Source: an uncultured Clostridia bacterium (GTDB lineage: Bacteria > Bacillota > Clostridia > Christensenellales > CAG-917). From it: a stretch of DNA of 64,000 nucleotides. The position numbers were made by a program, and so were the translations under genes. Below the pieces are notes generated by a model. The model saw only the letters and a list, made by a program, of their open reading frames with translations, did not search any database and was not told the DNA's origin. The DNA is taken from positions 72,033 to 136,032 of the forward strand of contig CALVQW010000002.1 in the NCBI GenBank assembly GCA_944358385.1. The letters run 5' to 3'. Positions 21,424-29,374 of the stretch are shown one piece after another. Position 1 is the first letter of the stretch; every line of letters begins with the position of its first letter.

Positions 21424-21501
21424 TTAAGGCGCGGGGCGGGAAACCGCTCCGCGCGTGTTTGTTATAGAAACCCCCCGGACTATCCGGGGGGTTTCTATAA
21501 C
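21424..21501. repeat. Two consecutive long hairpins (11-bp and 18-bp stems)
   Basis: GCGCGGGGCGG-GAAA-CCGCTCCGCGC at about 21428-21456, homologous to 28340-28365. GTTATAGAAACCCCCCGG-ACTAT-CCGGGGGGTTTCTATAAC at 21461-21501 has a perfect 18-bp stem. Confidence 0.8.
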
Positions 21502-21529
21502 AAAAAACCGCCGGGGTGCGGCGGTTTTT
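21502..21529. terminator. Bidirectional terminator at galT 3-prime end
   Basis: AAAAAACCGCCG-GGGTG-CGGCGGTTTTTG. Confidence 0.7.
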
Positions 21530-21549
21530 GGGGTGGTGGTGTTGCAAGG

Positions 21550-23100
21550 TCAGCAGACCACGCTACGGATGAATTTGTCGAAGCGGGCTTGACCGTCCTC
21601 GGTGTTCTTGAACACGGCGGTGGTGTCCAGGATCTTCTCACAGGCGGTGTTGATGTAGTCGGTGATGACGCGTTCCGCCTTGGACTCGGACATTTCCGTG
21701 CCGCCGTCCGCGACGAGCTGGGCGATCATGCCGAGGTGTTTGTTGAGGGGATGATCCTCCGCGGCGATGGTTTTGAAGTCCAGGGGAGTCTTGCCCGTGA
21801 GCAGGTCTTTGATCTGCTCGCACTCGCGTTGCAGTCTGCCGGGGAGGATGAACAGCCCCTGCACCTCGATGATGCCGATGGCTTCCTGTTTGATGTTGTG
21901 CAGTTCCTCAGCGGGGTGGAAGATGCCGTAGGGGTGTTTCTCGTCCGTGCGGTTGTTGCGCAGGATGAGATTGATCTGATATTCCCCGTCGTCGTTGAAG
22001 CAGGCGGTGGGAGTGATGGCGTTGTGGGGAGTGAAGGTGCCGTCTGCGTTCTCGGTGCGGCAGATGACGTTCGCCTCCTCGTCGGAGTAGCTCTCCCACG
22101 CACTGCGGAATTTCTCCGCCGCCTCGACGAGTCTCGCGCGGTTTTTGCTCTCCAGCCTCACCACGGAGTTATACCACTCGGCTATGGAGACGTTGACGTC
22201 GGGGAAATTCTTCATCGTATAGCGTCGTCTTGCACCGGACTCGAAGATGGGCAACACCTTTTTGCCGCCCTGGTAGTGGTCGTGCGCGAGTATGGAGCCG
22301 CCCACGATGGGGAGAGCGGCGTTGGAACCGATGAAATAGCCGGGGAAGAGGTCCACAAAGTCCAGCATGCGGCGGAATGTCGCGGCGTTGACGTTCATGG
22401 GACGGTGTTCCTTGGATATGGCTATGACATGCTGCTCGAAGTAGACGTAGGGGGAGAATTGCATAAACCACTCCTCACCGTCAAGCTCAAAGGGGATGGT
22501 GCGGAGGGTTTGGCGCGCGGGATGTGCCGCATTGCCCGCAAAGCCGACGTTCTCGGCGCAGAGCATGCACTTGGGATAGCCCGTTTTCGCCTCTTTGGCG
22601 CGCCTGACTTCCTCTGGAGTCTTTTCGGGCTTGGCGAGATTGATGGTGACGACGATCTTGCCGCGGGGGTTGTCATACTCCCATTGTATGTTGCGGTCGA
22701 TGTCGGGACGGCGGATATACGCCGATCTTTCCGAGAGGTCTCCCAGCCACTCCGCGGCTTTCATGCTGCCGCTCTGCGCCGCGATGTTGTCGAAGGTCTC
22801 GATGACCTTGGAGGGCGGGGGAGTGAGCAAGCCCATGATGCGCGTCTCGAAAAGCAGACGGTCGCTCTCGGAGCAAAGCCCCTTGCGCACCGCGTATGCC
22901 GAGAGCGCGGTGAGAGTCTCGTAGAAGTCATACTTGCCCACGGGCGCGTCGGAAGGCTCCGTCAGACCGAAAAGGTCCAGCAGCGCATTGGTGGCATAGA
23001 CGGTGTCCGCCGCATCCATATGCAGCTTGTCCACGGCGTAGTCTACGAGATTGGCGATGTTGATCTTTGCAAGCTCTTCAAAGGATTTGCGAGGAGACAT
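21550..23100 (-). CDS. galT: UDP-glucose--hexose-1-phosphate uridylyltransferase (type 2 GalT)
   Basis: About 516 aa, the long Firmicute-type GalT. N-terminus ...IANLVDYAVDKLHMDAADTVYATNALLDLFGL and active-site region SILAHDHYQGG. ATG at 23100 (GAGAGG RBS) is preferred over 23121. Divergent from galK. Confidence 0.9.
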   Translation of the reverse strand: MSPRKSFEELAKINIANLVDYAVDKLHMDAADTVYATNALLDLFGLTEPSDAPVGKYDFYETLTALSAYAVRKGLCSESDRLLFETRIMGLLTPPPSKVIETFDNIAAQSGSMKAAEWLGDLSERSAYIRRPDIDRNIQWEYDNPRGKIVVTINLAKPEKTPEEVRRAKEAKTGYPKCMLCAENVGFAGNAAHPARQTLRTIPFELDGEEWFMQFSPYVYFEQHVIAISKEHRPMNVNAATFRRMLDFVDLFPGYFIGSNAALPIVGGSILAHDHYQGGKKVLPIFESGARRRYTMKNFPDVNVSIAEWYNSVVRLESKNRARLVEAAEKFRSAWESYSDEEANVICRTENADGTFTPHNAITPTACFNDDGEYQINLILRNNRTDEKHPYGIFHPAEELHNIKQEAIGIIEVQGLFILPGRLQRECEQIKDLLTGKTPLDFKTIAAEDHPLNKHLGMIAQLVADGGTEMSESKAERVITDYINTACEKILDTTAVFKNTEDGQARFDKFIRSVVC

Positions 23101-23126
23101 AAAACCTCTCAACACCCGCATTTTCC

Positions 23127-23155
23127 TTGCAAACGGGATAATGCTGTGCTATCAT
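23127..23155 (+). promoter_or_regulatory. Promoter of galK-lgt-pncB operon
   Basis: TTGCAA (23127-23132), 17 nt spacer, TATCAT (23150-23155). Confidence 0.55.
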
Positions 23156-23192
23156 AAAATAACTGTTTATATTATATATGGAGATCCGCACA

Positions 23193-24461
23193 ATGGCAAC
23201 GATTTCGACGGACAAATTTGAAAAGAATGCTCCCTCGACGCGCGTTCTGCATGCTCTTTACGGCGACGCCGCCGACGCCAACGCGCACCGTTTCGGCAAG
23301 CTCGCGGCGAACCATCTTTCCGTTTTCGGCAGCGAGTGCAGGGATTTCTTCTCCTCTCCCGGCAGGATAGAGATCGTGGGCAACCACACCGACCACAACG
23401 CGGGCAAGGTGCTTGCGGCTGCCATCACGGTGGATACGCTCGCGGCGGTCAGCCCCCGCGAGGACGGCATCGTGGAAGTGAAGTCCGAGAACTATCCCAT
23501 GATGCGCATCTCCCTTTCCGACACCGCCTATAAAGCCTCGGAGGAAGGCACTTCCGTCGCGCTCATCAAGGGCGTCGCGGCATATTTCGCACGCGCGGGC
23601 AAGGCGACGGGCGGTTTCACCGCCTGCATGGATTCCCGCGTGCCCAAGGGGAGCGGTGTCTCGTCTTCAAGCTCTTTCGAGCTTATCATTGCCGAGATAT
23701 TCAATGTCTATTACAACGGCGGCACGCTTTCACCCATATTCATGGCGAAGGCGTCGCAGTATGCCGAGAACGTCTATTTCGGCAAGCCCAGCGGTCTTAT
23801 GGATCAGAGTGCGATCGCGCTGGGCGGCGTGAATATGATAGATTTCCGCAGTTTCGATCTCCCCGAAGTGGTGGGAGCGAAATGGGGCTTTGACGACCTC
23901 GACATCTACGTCGTGGCGACGGGCGGCGACCACAGTGACCTCACGGACGATTACGCGGCGATCCCCGCCGAGATGAAGTCCGTCGCGGCTGCCCTCGGCG
24001 GCACGGTGTTAAGGGACGTCCCCGCCGAGAAGTTCTATGCGGAGGAGGAGACGCTGAGAGACAAACTCCCCGCAAGAGCGTTGCTCAGAGCAGAGCATTT
24101 CTATGAGGAGAACCTGCGCGTGGAGCGTGCGCTGAAAGCCGTCGAGGACGGCGACGAGGCGGCGTTCCTCAAAGAAGTCAACGCGTCGGGGCAAAGCTCG
24201 GCGGACAAGTTGCAGAACCTTTGGTCCGAACACGGCGACCGCTCCATAGAGCGCGCCCTCGCCTTTGCGTCCGGTCTGGACGGCGTGCTGGCGCGGCGCG
24301 TACACGGCGGCGGCTTTGCGGGGACTATCCTGCTTTTTGTCGCAAAAGACCGTTCAAATGCCGTAAACGATGCTCTCAACGCCGAGTTCGGCAAAAATAA
24401 CGTATTCAGACTCTTCATACGCGAGTCGGGCGCGTGCCGCGTCGTTTTCGGGGAGGAATGA
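23193..24461 (+). CDS. galK: Galactokinase
   Basis: GHMP-kinase/galactokinase signatures GRIEIVGNHTDHNAG and PKGSGVSSSSSFE. ATG at 23193 with a GGAGA RBS (alternative start 23178). Confidence 0.9.
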   Translation: MATISTDKFEKNAPSTRVLHALYGDAADANAHRFGKLAANHLSVFGSECRDFFSSPGRIEIVGNHTDHNAGKVLAAAITVDTLAAVSPREDGIVEVKSENYPMMRISLSDTAYKASEEGTSVALIKGVAAYFARAGKATGGFTACMDSRVPKGSGVSSSSSFELIIAEIFNVYYNGGTLSPIFMAKASQYAENVYFGKPSGLMDQSAIALGGVNMIDFRSFDLPEVVGAKWGFDDLDIYVVATGGDHSDLTDDYAAIPAEMKSVAAALGGTVLRDVPAEKFYAEEETLRDKLPARALLRAEHFYEENLRVERALKAVEDGDEAAFLKEVNASGQSSADKLQNLWSEHGDRSIERALAFASGLDGVLARRVHGGGFAGTILLFVAKDRSNAVNDALNAEFGKNNVFRLFIRESGACRVVFGEE

Positions 24462-25555
24462 TGGAGTTTCTGGCGGCGATAGACAAAGTCGCTTTCTATG
24501 TCGGCGATCTGCCCGTGGAATGGTACGGCATCATCATCGTGATCGGCATGATCGCGGGGCTTGTCATTGTCTGTTTGGAATGCAAGCGCATCAACCTTGA
24601 TTCCGACGATGCCATAGAGCTTTTCCTGTGGGTGATACCCCTCGCGGTCATCTTCTGCCGCGTGTTCTATGTCCTTGCGCGTCCCGATGTCTATTTCCCC
24701 ATAGAGAGCTGGGACGATTTCGTGGACGTCATCGCCATATGGGAGGGCGGCATCACCATCATAGGCGGGCTGGTCGGCGGTCTCATCGGCGCGGGCATCT
24801 TCGCCTTCCGCAAACGCAAGAAGTGCAACTTCGGCAACATAGTCGATCTCATCGTCGTCCCCGTGCTCACGGGACAGATCATAGGCAGACTCGGCAATTT
24901 CGTCAATCAGGAGGCGTTCGGCATCCCCATCACCGATCCGCGCCTACAGACATTCCCGTTCGCGGTGTGGATAGACGATCCGCAGGGGGTGGAGCCGGAG
25001 TATCACGACCTCGTCTTTTCCAAAGTGCCGGGGTGGTTCGCCGCCACTTTCTTCTATGAGATGGTGTGGAACTTCATCGGCGCGTGCATCTTCTACGCGA
25101 TATGGCGCAAAAACAAGCGTTTCCCCGGCATCCTCGGTTTCTGCTACTTTTTCTGGTATTTCCTGGGCAGAGCGTGGCTGGAATCGCTGCGCATAGACGC
25201 CGTCCCTGTCACGCAGGTGGCGTGCATAATCGTCGTCCCCGTCTCGCTCGTGCTGGGGGTGGCATATATGCTCGTGTGCCTCACGCGTTCGAGCTTCCGC
25301 ACCGTCAATGCGGCGGTCATCGCGGGCGAACTCGACGTGACCGAACTCAGCCGTTTCGATGTCGCCAACTATAAATTCGTCACCCGCCTCCTCGCAAAGG
25401 GCGGCAGATTCCCGCGTTGGTTCTACGGGGCGGAGGACATCCCCGTGGCGGAACTTGCCGAAGGGGACTACATCAAAAAAGTGAAAACGTCGTGGAAGCT
25501 CCCCGCACATTGCCGCAAGAAGGCGCGCGGAGCGGCGGCGAAGGAGAAAAAATGA
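24458..25555 (+). CDS. lgt: Prolipoprotein diacylglyceryl transferase with C-terminal extension
   Basis: Start MMEFLAA at 24458 (GGAGG RBS; overlaps the galK stop). Lgt motifs WYGIIIVIGM and GRLGNFVNQEAFG. About 90 extra C-terminal residues compared with typical Lgt length. Confidence 0.85.
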   Translation: MMEFLAAIDKVAFYVGDLPVEWYGIIIVIGMIAGLVIVCLECKRINLDSDDAIELFLWVIPLAVIFCRVFYVLARPDVYFPIESWDDFVDVIAIWEGGITIIGGLVGGLIGAGIFAFRKRKKCNFGNIVDLIVVPVLTGQIIGRLGNFVNQEAFGIPITDPRLQTFPFAVWIDDPQGVEPEYHDLVFSKVPGWFAATFFYEMVWNFIGACIFYAIWRKNKRFPGILGFCYFFWYFLGRAWLESLRIDAVPVTQVACIIVVPVSLVLGVAYMLVCLTRSSFRTVNAAVIAGELDVTELSRFDVANYKFVTRLLAKGGRFPRWFYGAEDIPVAELAEGDYIKKVKTSWKLPAHCRKKARGAAAKEKK

Positions 25556-26994
25556 TCTCGCCTCTTTCCGGTGAACGCAACCTTACCATGCTCACCGACC
25601 TCTATCAGCTCACGATGGCGAACGGCTATCTCCAAAAGGGAGTGAGCGAGAAAAGGGCAGTGTTCGACCTCTTCTACCGCGGCAGCGGCGGCTATTCCTA
25701 CGCCGTGGCGGCGGGACTCGAACAGGCGGTGCAGTATCTTAAAGACCTGCGCTTTGAGGAGAAGGACATCGAATATCTGAGGTCTCTCGGCATCTTTCCC
25801 GAGAATTTCCTCGAAAGGCTGAGATCCTTCCGCTTCACGGGAGACCTCAAAGCCATACCCGAGGGGACGATCGTCTTTCCTTCCGAACCCATACTCACGG
25901 TGTCCGCGCCCGTCTTTGAGGCGCAGATCATAGAGACCGCGCTCCTCACCATCGTCAATCACCAGACGCTCATCGCCACCACGGCGGCGAGGCTCGCCGC
26001 CTGCACGGACGCGAAGATATTGGAGTTCGGGCTGCGCCGTGCGCAAGGTCCGGATGCGGGCACTTACGGCGCGCGTGCCGCGTACATCGGCGGCTGCCGT
26101 TCCACCTCCAACGTGCTTGCGGGAGAGATGTTCGGCATCGCGGTGGCGGGCACGCATTCCCACAGCTGGGTGATGACCTTCCCCACCGAACTCGAAGCCT
26201 TCGAGGCGTATGCGGAGATCTATCCCGACAACTGTCTCCTGCTCGTGGACACCTACGACACTCTGAAAAGCGGCGTCCCCAACGCGATAAAGGTGTTCGA
26301 CCGTCTCAAAGCGGAGGGACACAAGCCCGTGGGCATCAGGCTGGACAGCGGAGACCTTGCCTATCTCAGCCGCGAGGCGCGCAGGATGCTGGATGCGGCG
26401 GGACACGCGGACTGCAAGATCTTCGCCTCCAACGACATCGACGAGCAAGTGTTGCTCGCGCTCAATTCGCAGGACGCCAAGATCGACGTTTACGGCATAG
26501 GCACCAAGCTCATCACCAGCTTCTCCAACGCCTCTCTCGGCGGAGTGTACAAGCTCTGCGCCGTGGAGGAGGACGGGAAGCTCGTGCCCAAGATCAAGGT
26601 GTCGGACAGCCACGACAAGACCACCGATCCCGGCGTCAAAAAGACGGTGCGCATCTATCGCGGCGGCATGGCGGCGGCAGACCTCATCTGCCTTGCGGAC
26701 GAGAGCATAGACACCTCCCGTCCCCTCACCGTGTTCCACCCCGAACAGACGTGGAAGCGCACCACTTTCAAGGATTTCACCGTGAAGGAATTGCCTGTGG
26801 ATGTCATAAAAGACGGGGAACTCGTCTACGACCTGCCCACCCTAGAGGAGATCGGCAGACATCACGACGAGTCCAAGGCGGAGTTTTTCCCGGAATACAA
26901 GCGCGTGGTCAACACGCAGTACTACAAGGTGGACCTCAGCCAAAAACTGTGGGATCTCAAACAGGAGCTGCTAGCCGAAAGAGCGCAGAACTGA
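25552..26994 (+). CDS. pncB: Nicotinate phosphoribosyltransferase
   Basis: Start MISPLSG at 25552 (AAGGAGA RBS; ATGA overlap with the lgt stop). LTDLYQLTMANGY N-terminus and GTHSHSWVM motif. Confidence 0.9.
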   Translation: MISPLSGERNLTMLTDLYQLTMANGYLQKGVSEKRAVFDLFYRGSGGYSYAVAAGLEQAVQYLKDLRFEEKDIEYLRSLGIFPENFLERLRSFRFTGDLKAIPEGTIVFPSEPILTVSAPVFEAQIIETALLTIVNHQTLIATTAARLAACTDAKILEFGLRRAQGPDAGTYGARAAYIGGCRSTSNVLAGEMFGIAVAGTHSHSWVMTFPTELEAFEAYAEIYPDNCLLLVDTYDTLKSGVPNAIKVFDRLKAEGHKPVGIRLDSGDLAYLSREARRMLDAAGHADCKIFASNDIDEQVLLALNSQDAKIDVYGIGTKLITSFSNASLGGVYKLCAVEEDGKLVPKIKVSDSHDKTTDPGVKKTVRIYRGGMAAADLICLADESIDTSRPLTVFHPEQTWKRTTFKDFTVKELPVDVIKDGELVYDLPTLEEIGRHHDESKAEFFPEYKRVVNTQYYKVDLSQKLWDLKQELLAERAQN

Positions 26995-27010
26995 CGCTGT
27001 CAAAGCCAAG

Positions 27011-27037
27011 CCCCGCGGAAGTCTCCGCGGGGTTTTT
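27011..27037 (+). terminator. Intrinsic terminator after pncB
   Basis: CCCCGCGGA-AGTC-TCCGCGGGG followed by TTTTT. Confidence 0.8.
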
Positions 27038-27305
27038 GTATGCGCGATTTCCGTTTTCACCGTGTTTTCTGTGTTCAGCCCGCTTGACGTTCCCGTCTCG
27101 TACCTTCATCCGCACACGGTGCGGTGCGACGGCTCGGCATTCCCGTCCTCTTTCCGCCCGCTTGTTCGTTTCGGGGCGGGGCGGTCGGACTTTCGGCAAA
27201 ATTCGTCCCGATCCGGCGCAGTCGGCGCATTTTCACGCGCGCGGGCAGGATATAATGTTTGTCCGACGGGCGGCGCGTGAGGCGCGCCCGAAAAGAGGAG
27301 ACCGT

Positions 27306-28004
27306 ATGAGAAAAAGGAACAAGATCCCGCCCCGCTTCGCCGTCACGAGGAGGGGCTACGACATCCCGTCGGTGGAGGCGTACATCGAGTCGGAGCGCGA
27401 AAAGGCGGACAAGGCGGGGCTGGAACAGAAGGAACGCATCCGCGCCCTTCAAGCCAGGTGCGACGCGCTCTCCGAGGAGCTTGATGTCTACCGCGGCAAG
27501 GAGGAGCAGATCAAATCCGCGCTCATGGCGGCGGGCGAACAGGCGGAGAAAAAGGAACTCGACATCAAATTGCGCTATGCCACCGAGCTTGAAAGGCTCA
27601 AACTTTTCCGCGCCAAGTGGACGAATGCCTACGAGGAACTCAAAGAGAGATACTCCTTCGGCAAGGACGCGCTCAATATGGAAAGCGTCGCGGTCTCCGT
27701 CAAGCTGGAGCTGGAAAAATTCCTCGCCGGCAGTTTTTCGCTGGACAAGAAGGGCGCGGAGGACGAAACTGAACTCGCGTTCAAAGAGGAGACGGCGCGT
27801 CTTTCGGAGGAGGACGAGAGCAAGGTGCGGGAGCTGAGAGAAAAGCTCTTGCAAGCGGCGGAACGCAAGGACAGAGAAGCCGCCCTCACCGCCAAAAAGA
27901 GCAAGACGGAGAGCAGCGCGCAGCCTGCCGCCGCGTTTTCCCTGGAAGAGGCGGCGAATCCTACGGAGAGTTTGGCGGAGATTTGTCGATACCTCGGACT
28001 CTGA
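27306..28004 (+). CDS. DivIVA domain-containing protein
   Basis: 233 aa from ATG 27306 (AGAGGAG RBS). N-terminal DivIVA motif F..TRRGYDIPSVEAYI, followed by long coiled-coil sequence. The upstream part of ORF 26751..28004 is not coding. Confidence 0.8.
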   Translation: MRKRNKIPPRFAVTRRGYDIPSVEAYIESEREKADKAGLEQKERIRALQARCDALSEELDVYRGKEEQIKSALMAAGEQAEKKELDIKLRYATELERLKLFRAKWTNAYEELKERYSFGKDALNMESVAVSVKLELEKFLAGSFSLDKKGAEDETELAFKEETARLSEEDESKVRELREKLLQAAERKDREAALTAKKSKTESSAQPAAAFSLEEAANPTESLAEICRYLGL

Positions 28005-28023
28005 ACGCCGCCATTTTGTGTGA

Positions 28024-28190
28024 TACTGCGTCAAAGCCCCCGTCGTGGATGCTCACGTACGCCAATGTACGCTCCGCCTCCCGGCAGGGGCTTTTTCTTG
28101 TTCTTCATCCGAATATTGTCCTCAGCGTATACGTAAAAAAACGGGGTGCTTTTGCGCTCTGCAGCCGAATATCGGCGTCAGGCTTGTAAA
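28024..28190 (+). repeat. Family H hairpin repeats (one full unit + one 3-prime half unit)
   Basis: ACTGCGTCAAAGCCCC...ACGTACGCCAATGTACGC...GGGGCTTT followed by the conserved flank. The half unit at 28127-28190 matches the 3-prime half of the 21201-21297 unit. Confidence 0.8.
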
Positions 28191-28221
28191 GAGAGTTTAT
28201 TCAAATATTGCCGTCGTTCTT

Positions 28222-28296
28222 GAAAATTTAACAATTGGGGACGGGGCAAAAATGTTAAGAAAATTTAACAATTTTGCCCCGTCCCCAATTGTTAAA
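28222..28296. repeat. Perfect 25-bp inverted repeat with embedded 15-nt direct repeat
   Basis: TTTAACAATTGGGGACGGGGCAAAA (28227-28251) pairs with TTTTGCCCCGTCCCCAATTGTTAAA (28272-28296), with a 20-nt spacer. GAAAATTTAACAATT occurs at 28222-28236 and again at 28259-28273. Confidence 0.9.
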
Positions 28297-28384
28297 TCGC
28301 GGTGTTTATCGAGTGTCGGCGGAGGGTGTAACAACTAAGGCGCAGAGCGGGAGACCGCTCTGCGCGTGTGTTTATTATGTAGTT

Positions 28385-28945
28385 TCCGTCGTTGTCAAGG
28401 GCGCGAAAATTTTTGCTCGCTTTGCAAGCAAAATTTTTCAGCGCAATTCCTTGACAAAATATGGTAATGGTGCAACTCCGGCTTGTTTCAAGCGGTGCTG
28501 CCATTTCGGAGACGGTCAACGCACACTCCGAGCGGGTGCGCCTGAGCACGACGTCTTTCTTTCGGAGACGGTTTAACGTACACTTTGATAGAGCGTGCTT
28601 GAACACGACGTCTCTCTTTCGGAGACGGAATCGGAGCCGCAGGGCGGCGACTATCTGAGTGCCGAGGGCTAACGCATACCTAAGTAGGGGTAGCACTAGT
28701 GCGCGAGTGCCGAATTCCTCCTCCCGTGCCGGGTATTCGGTGAGTGCAGTCATCCGCTTAGTTATGTGAGTGCGAGATATAAAATCTTGTAGAGATGTTC
28801 AGTTAGTCCCGCAAGATGCGAGGAGTGGACTCCAATCGGCACGGGGGAGGAAAGCCCGAAGGGAAGGAGGGGGTTTCTAACTCCCCTGTCAGAGGACGTC
28901 GGCTTATTTTACACTCTCCGAGTACGCCGTGAACTTTGAGCGAGT
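28385..28945 (+). repeat. Family M repeat, most complete copy
   Basis: All modules are present. A 30-nt run (28387-28416) and a 26-nt run (28751-28776) are exact matches to the reverse complement of copy 39335-40130. A 59-nt run is an exact match to copy 1-180. Confidence 0.9.
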
Positions 28946-29329
28946 GTTTTCGAACAGGGCGAATAATTGCACTTATATGGGGTTTAAATGTGTGTTTATG
29001 GCAGTTAAAGTGCGGGATGTGCGGGGTGTCAGTCGTCGCTTTGGTCGGAAGGATCGCGTTCGTATTCGTCGGCGGCGGCTGAGGAGAGCAGTGCGCCGTA
29101 TCTGCGTTTGCGGGCGAATGCGGCGGAGACGGAGGGCGGGAGAGGAGTGTAAGCGGTGTGAAAACCGGGAGCAGTGAGAGGAGCGGGGATAGAGGGTGAT
29201 AGAGGAAGGGAGCGGAGAGAGGGGAGAGCGGGCAAGGCGCGCGGGAGGCACGCGGAAGTGCGCGGGCGGCTTTCGGTGAAGTGCGGTGAACGGAGCGGGC
29301 AAGGCGCGGAGAAAGTGCGGGCGGATATG

Positions 29330-29355
29330 AAAAGGGCACGGCGTGTGCCGTGCCC
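29330..29355 (-). terminator. Intrinsic terminator after lipoprotein gene 29375..30379
   Basis: Minus strand: GGGCACGGC-ACAC-GCCGTGCCC followed by TTTTC. Confidence 0.75.
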
Positions 29356-29374
29356 GTTGTCGCAAATGCTGCGG

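Noticed and set aside
23127-23142. A cre-like (CcpA) site TTGCAAACGGGATAAT overlapping the galK -35.
   Set aside because: It has two mismatches to WTGNAANCGNWWNCAW, including the conserved right-half CA. Only the left half-site is convincing.
28847-28857. GAGGAAAGCCC, resembling the universally conserved RNase P RNA P4 motif GAGGAAAGUCC.
   Set aside because: The motif sits inside a multi-copy repeat (also at 1-110). It lacks the rest of the RNase P core. It is part of a purine mirror tract rather than a P4 helix context.
29029-29235. A 68-aa minus-strand ORF with a protein-like acidic C-terminus.
   Set aside because: The N-terminal two thirds are Pro/Ser/Leu-rich translation of a homopurine-homopyrimidine tract. 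No RBS is present. At most it is a pseudogene remnant, and it is mentioned under the purine-tract finding.
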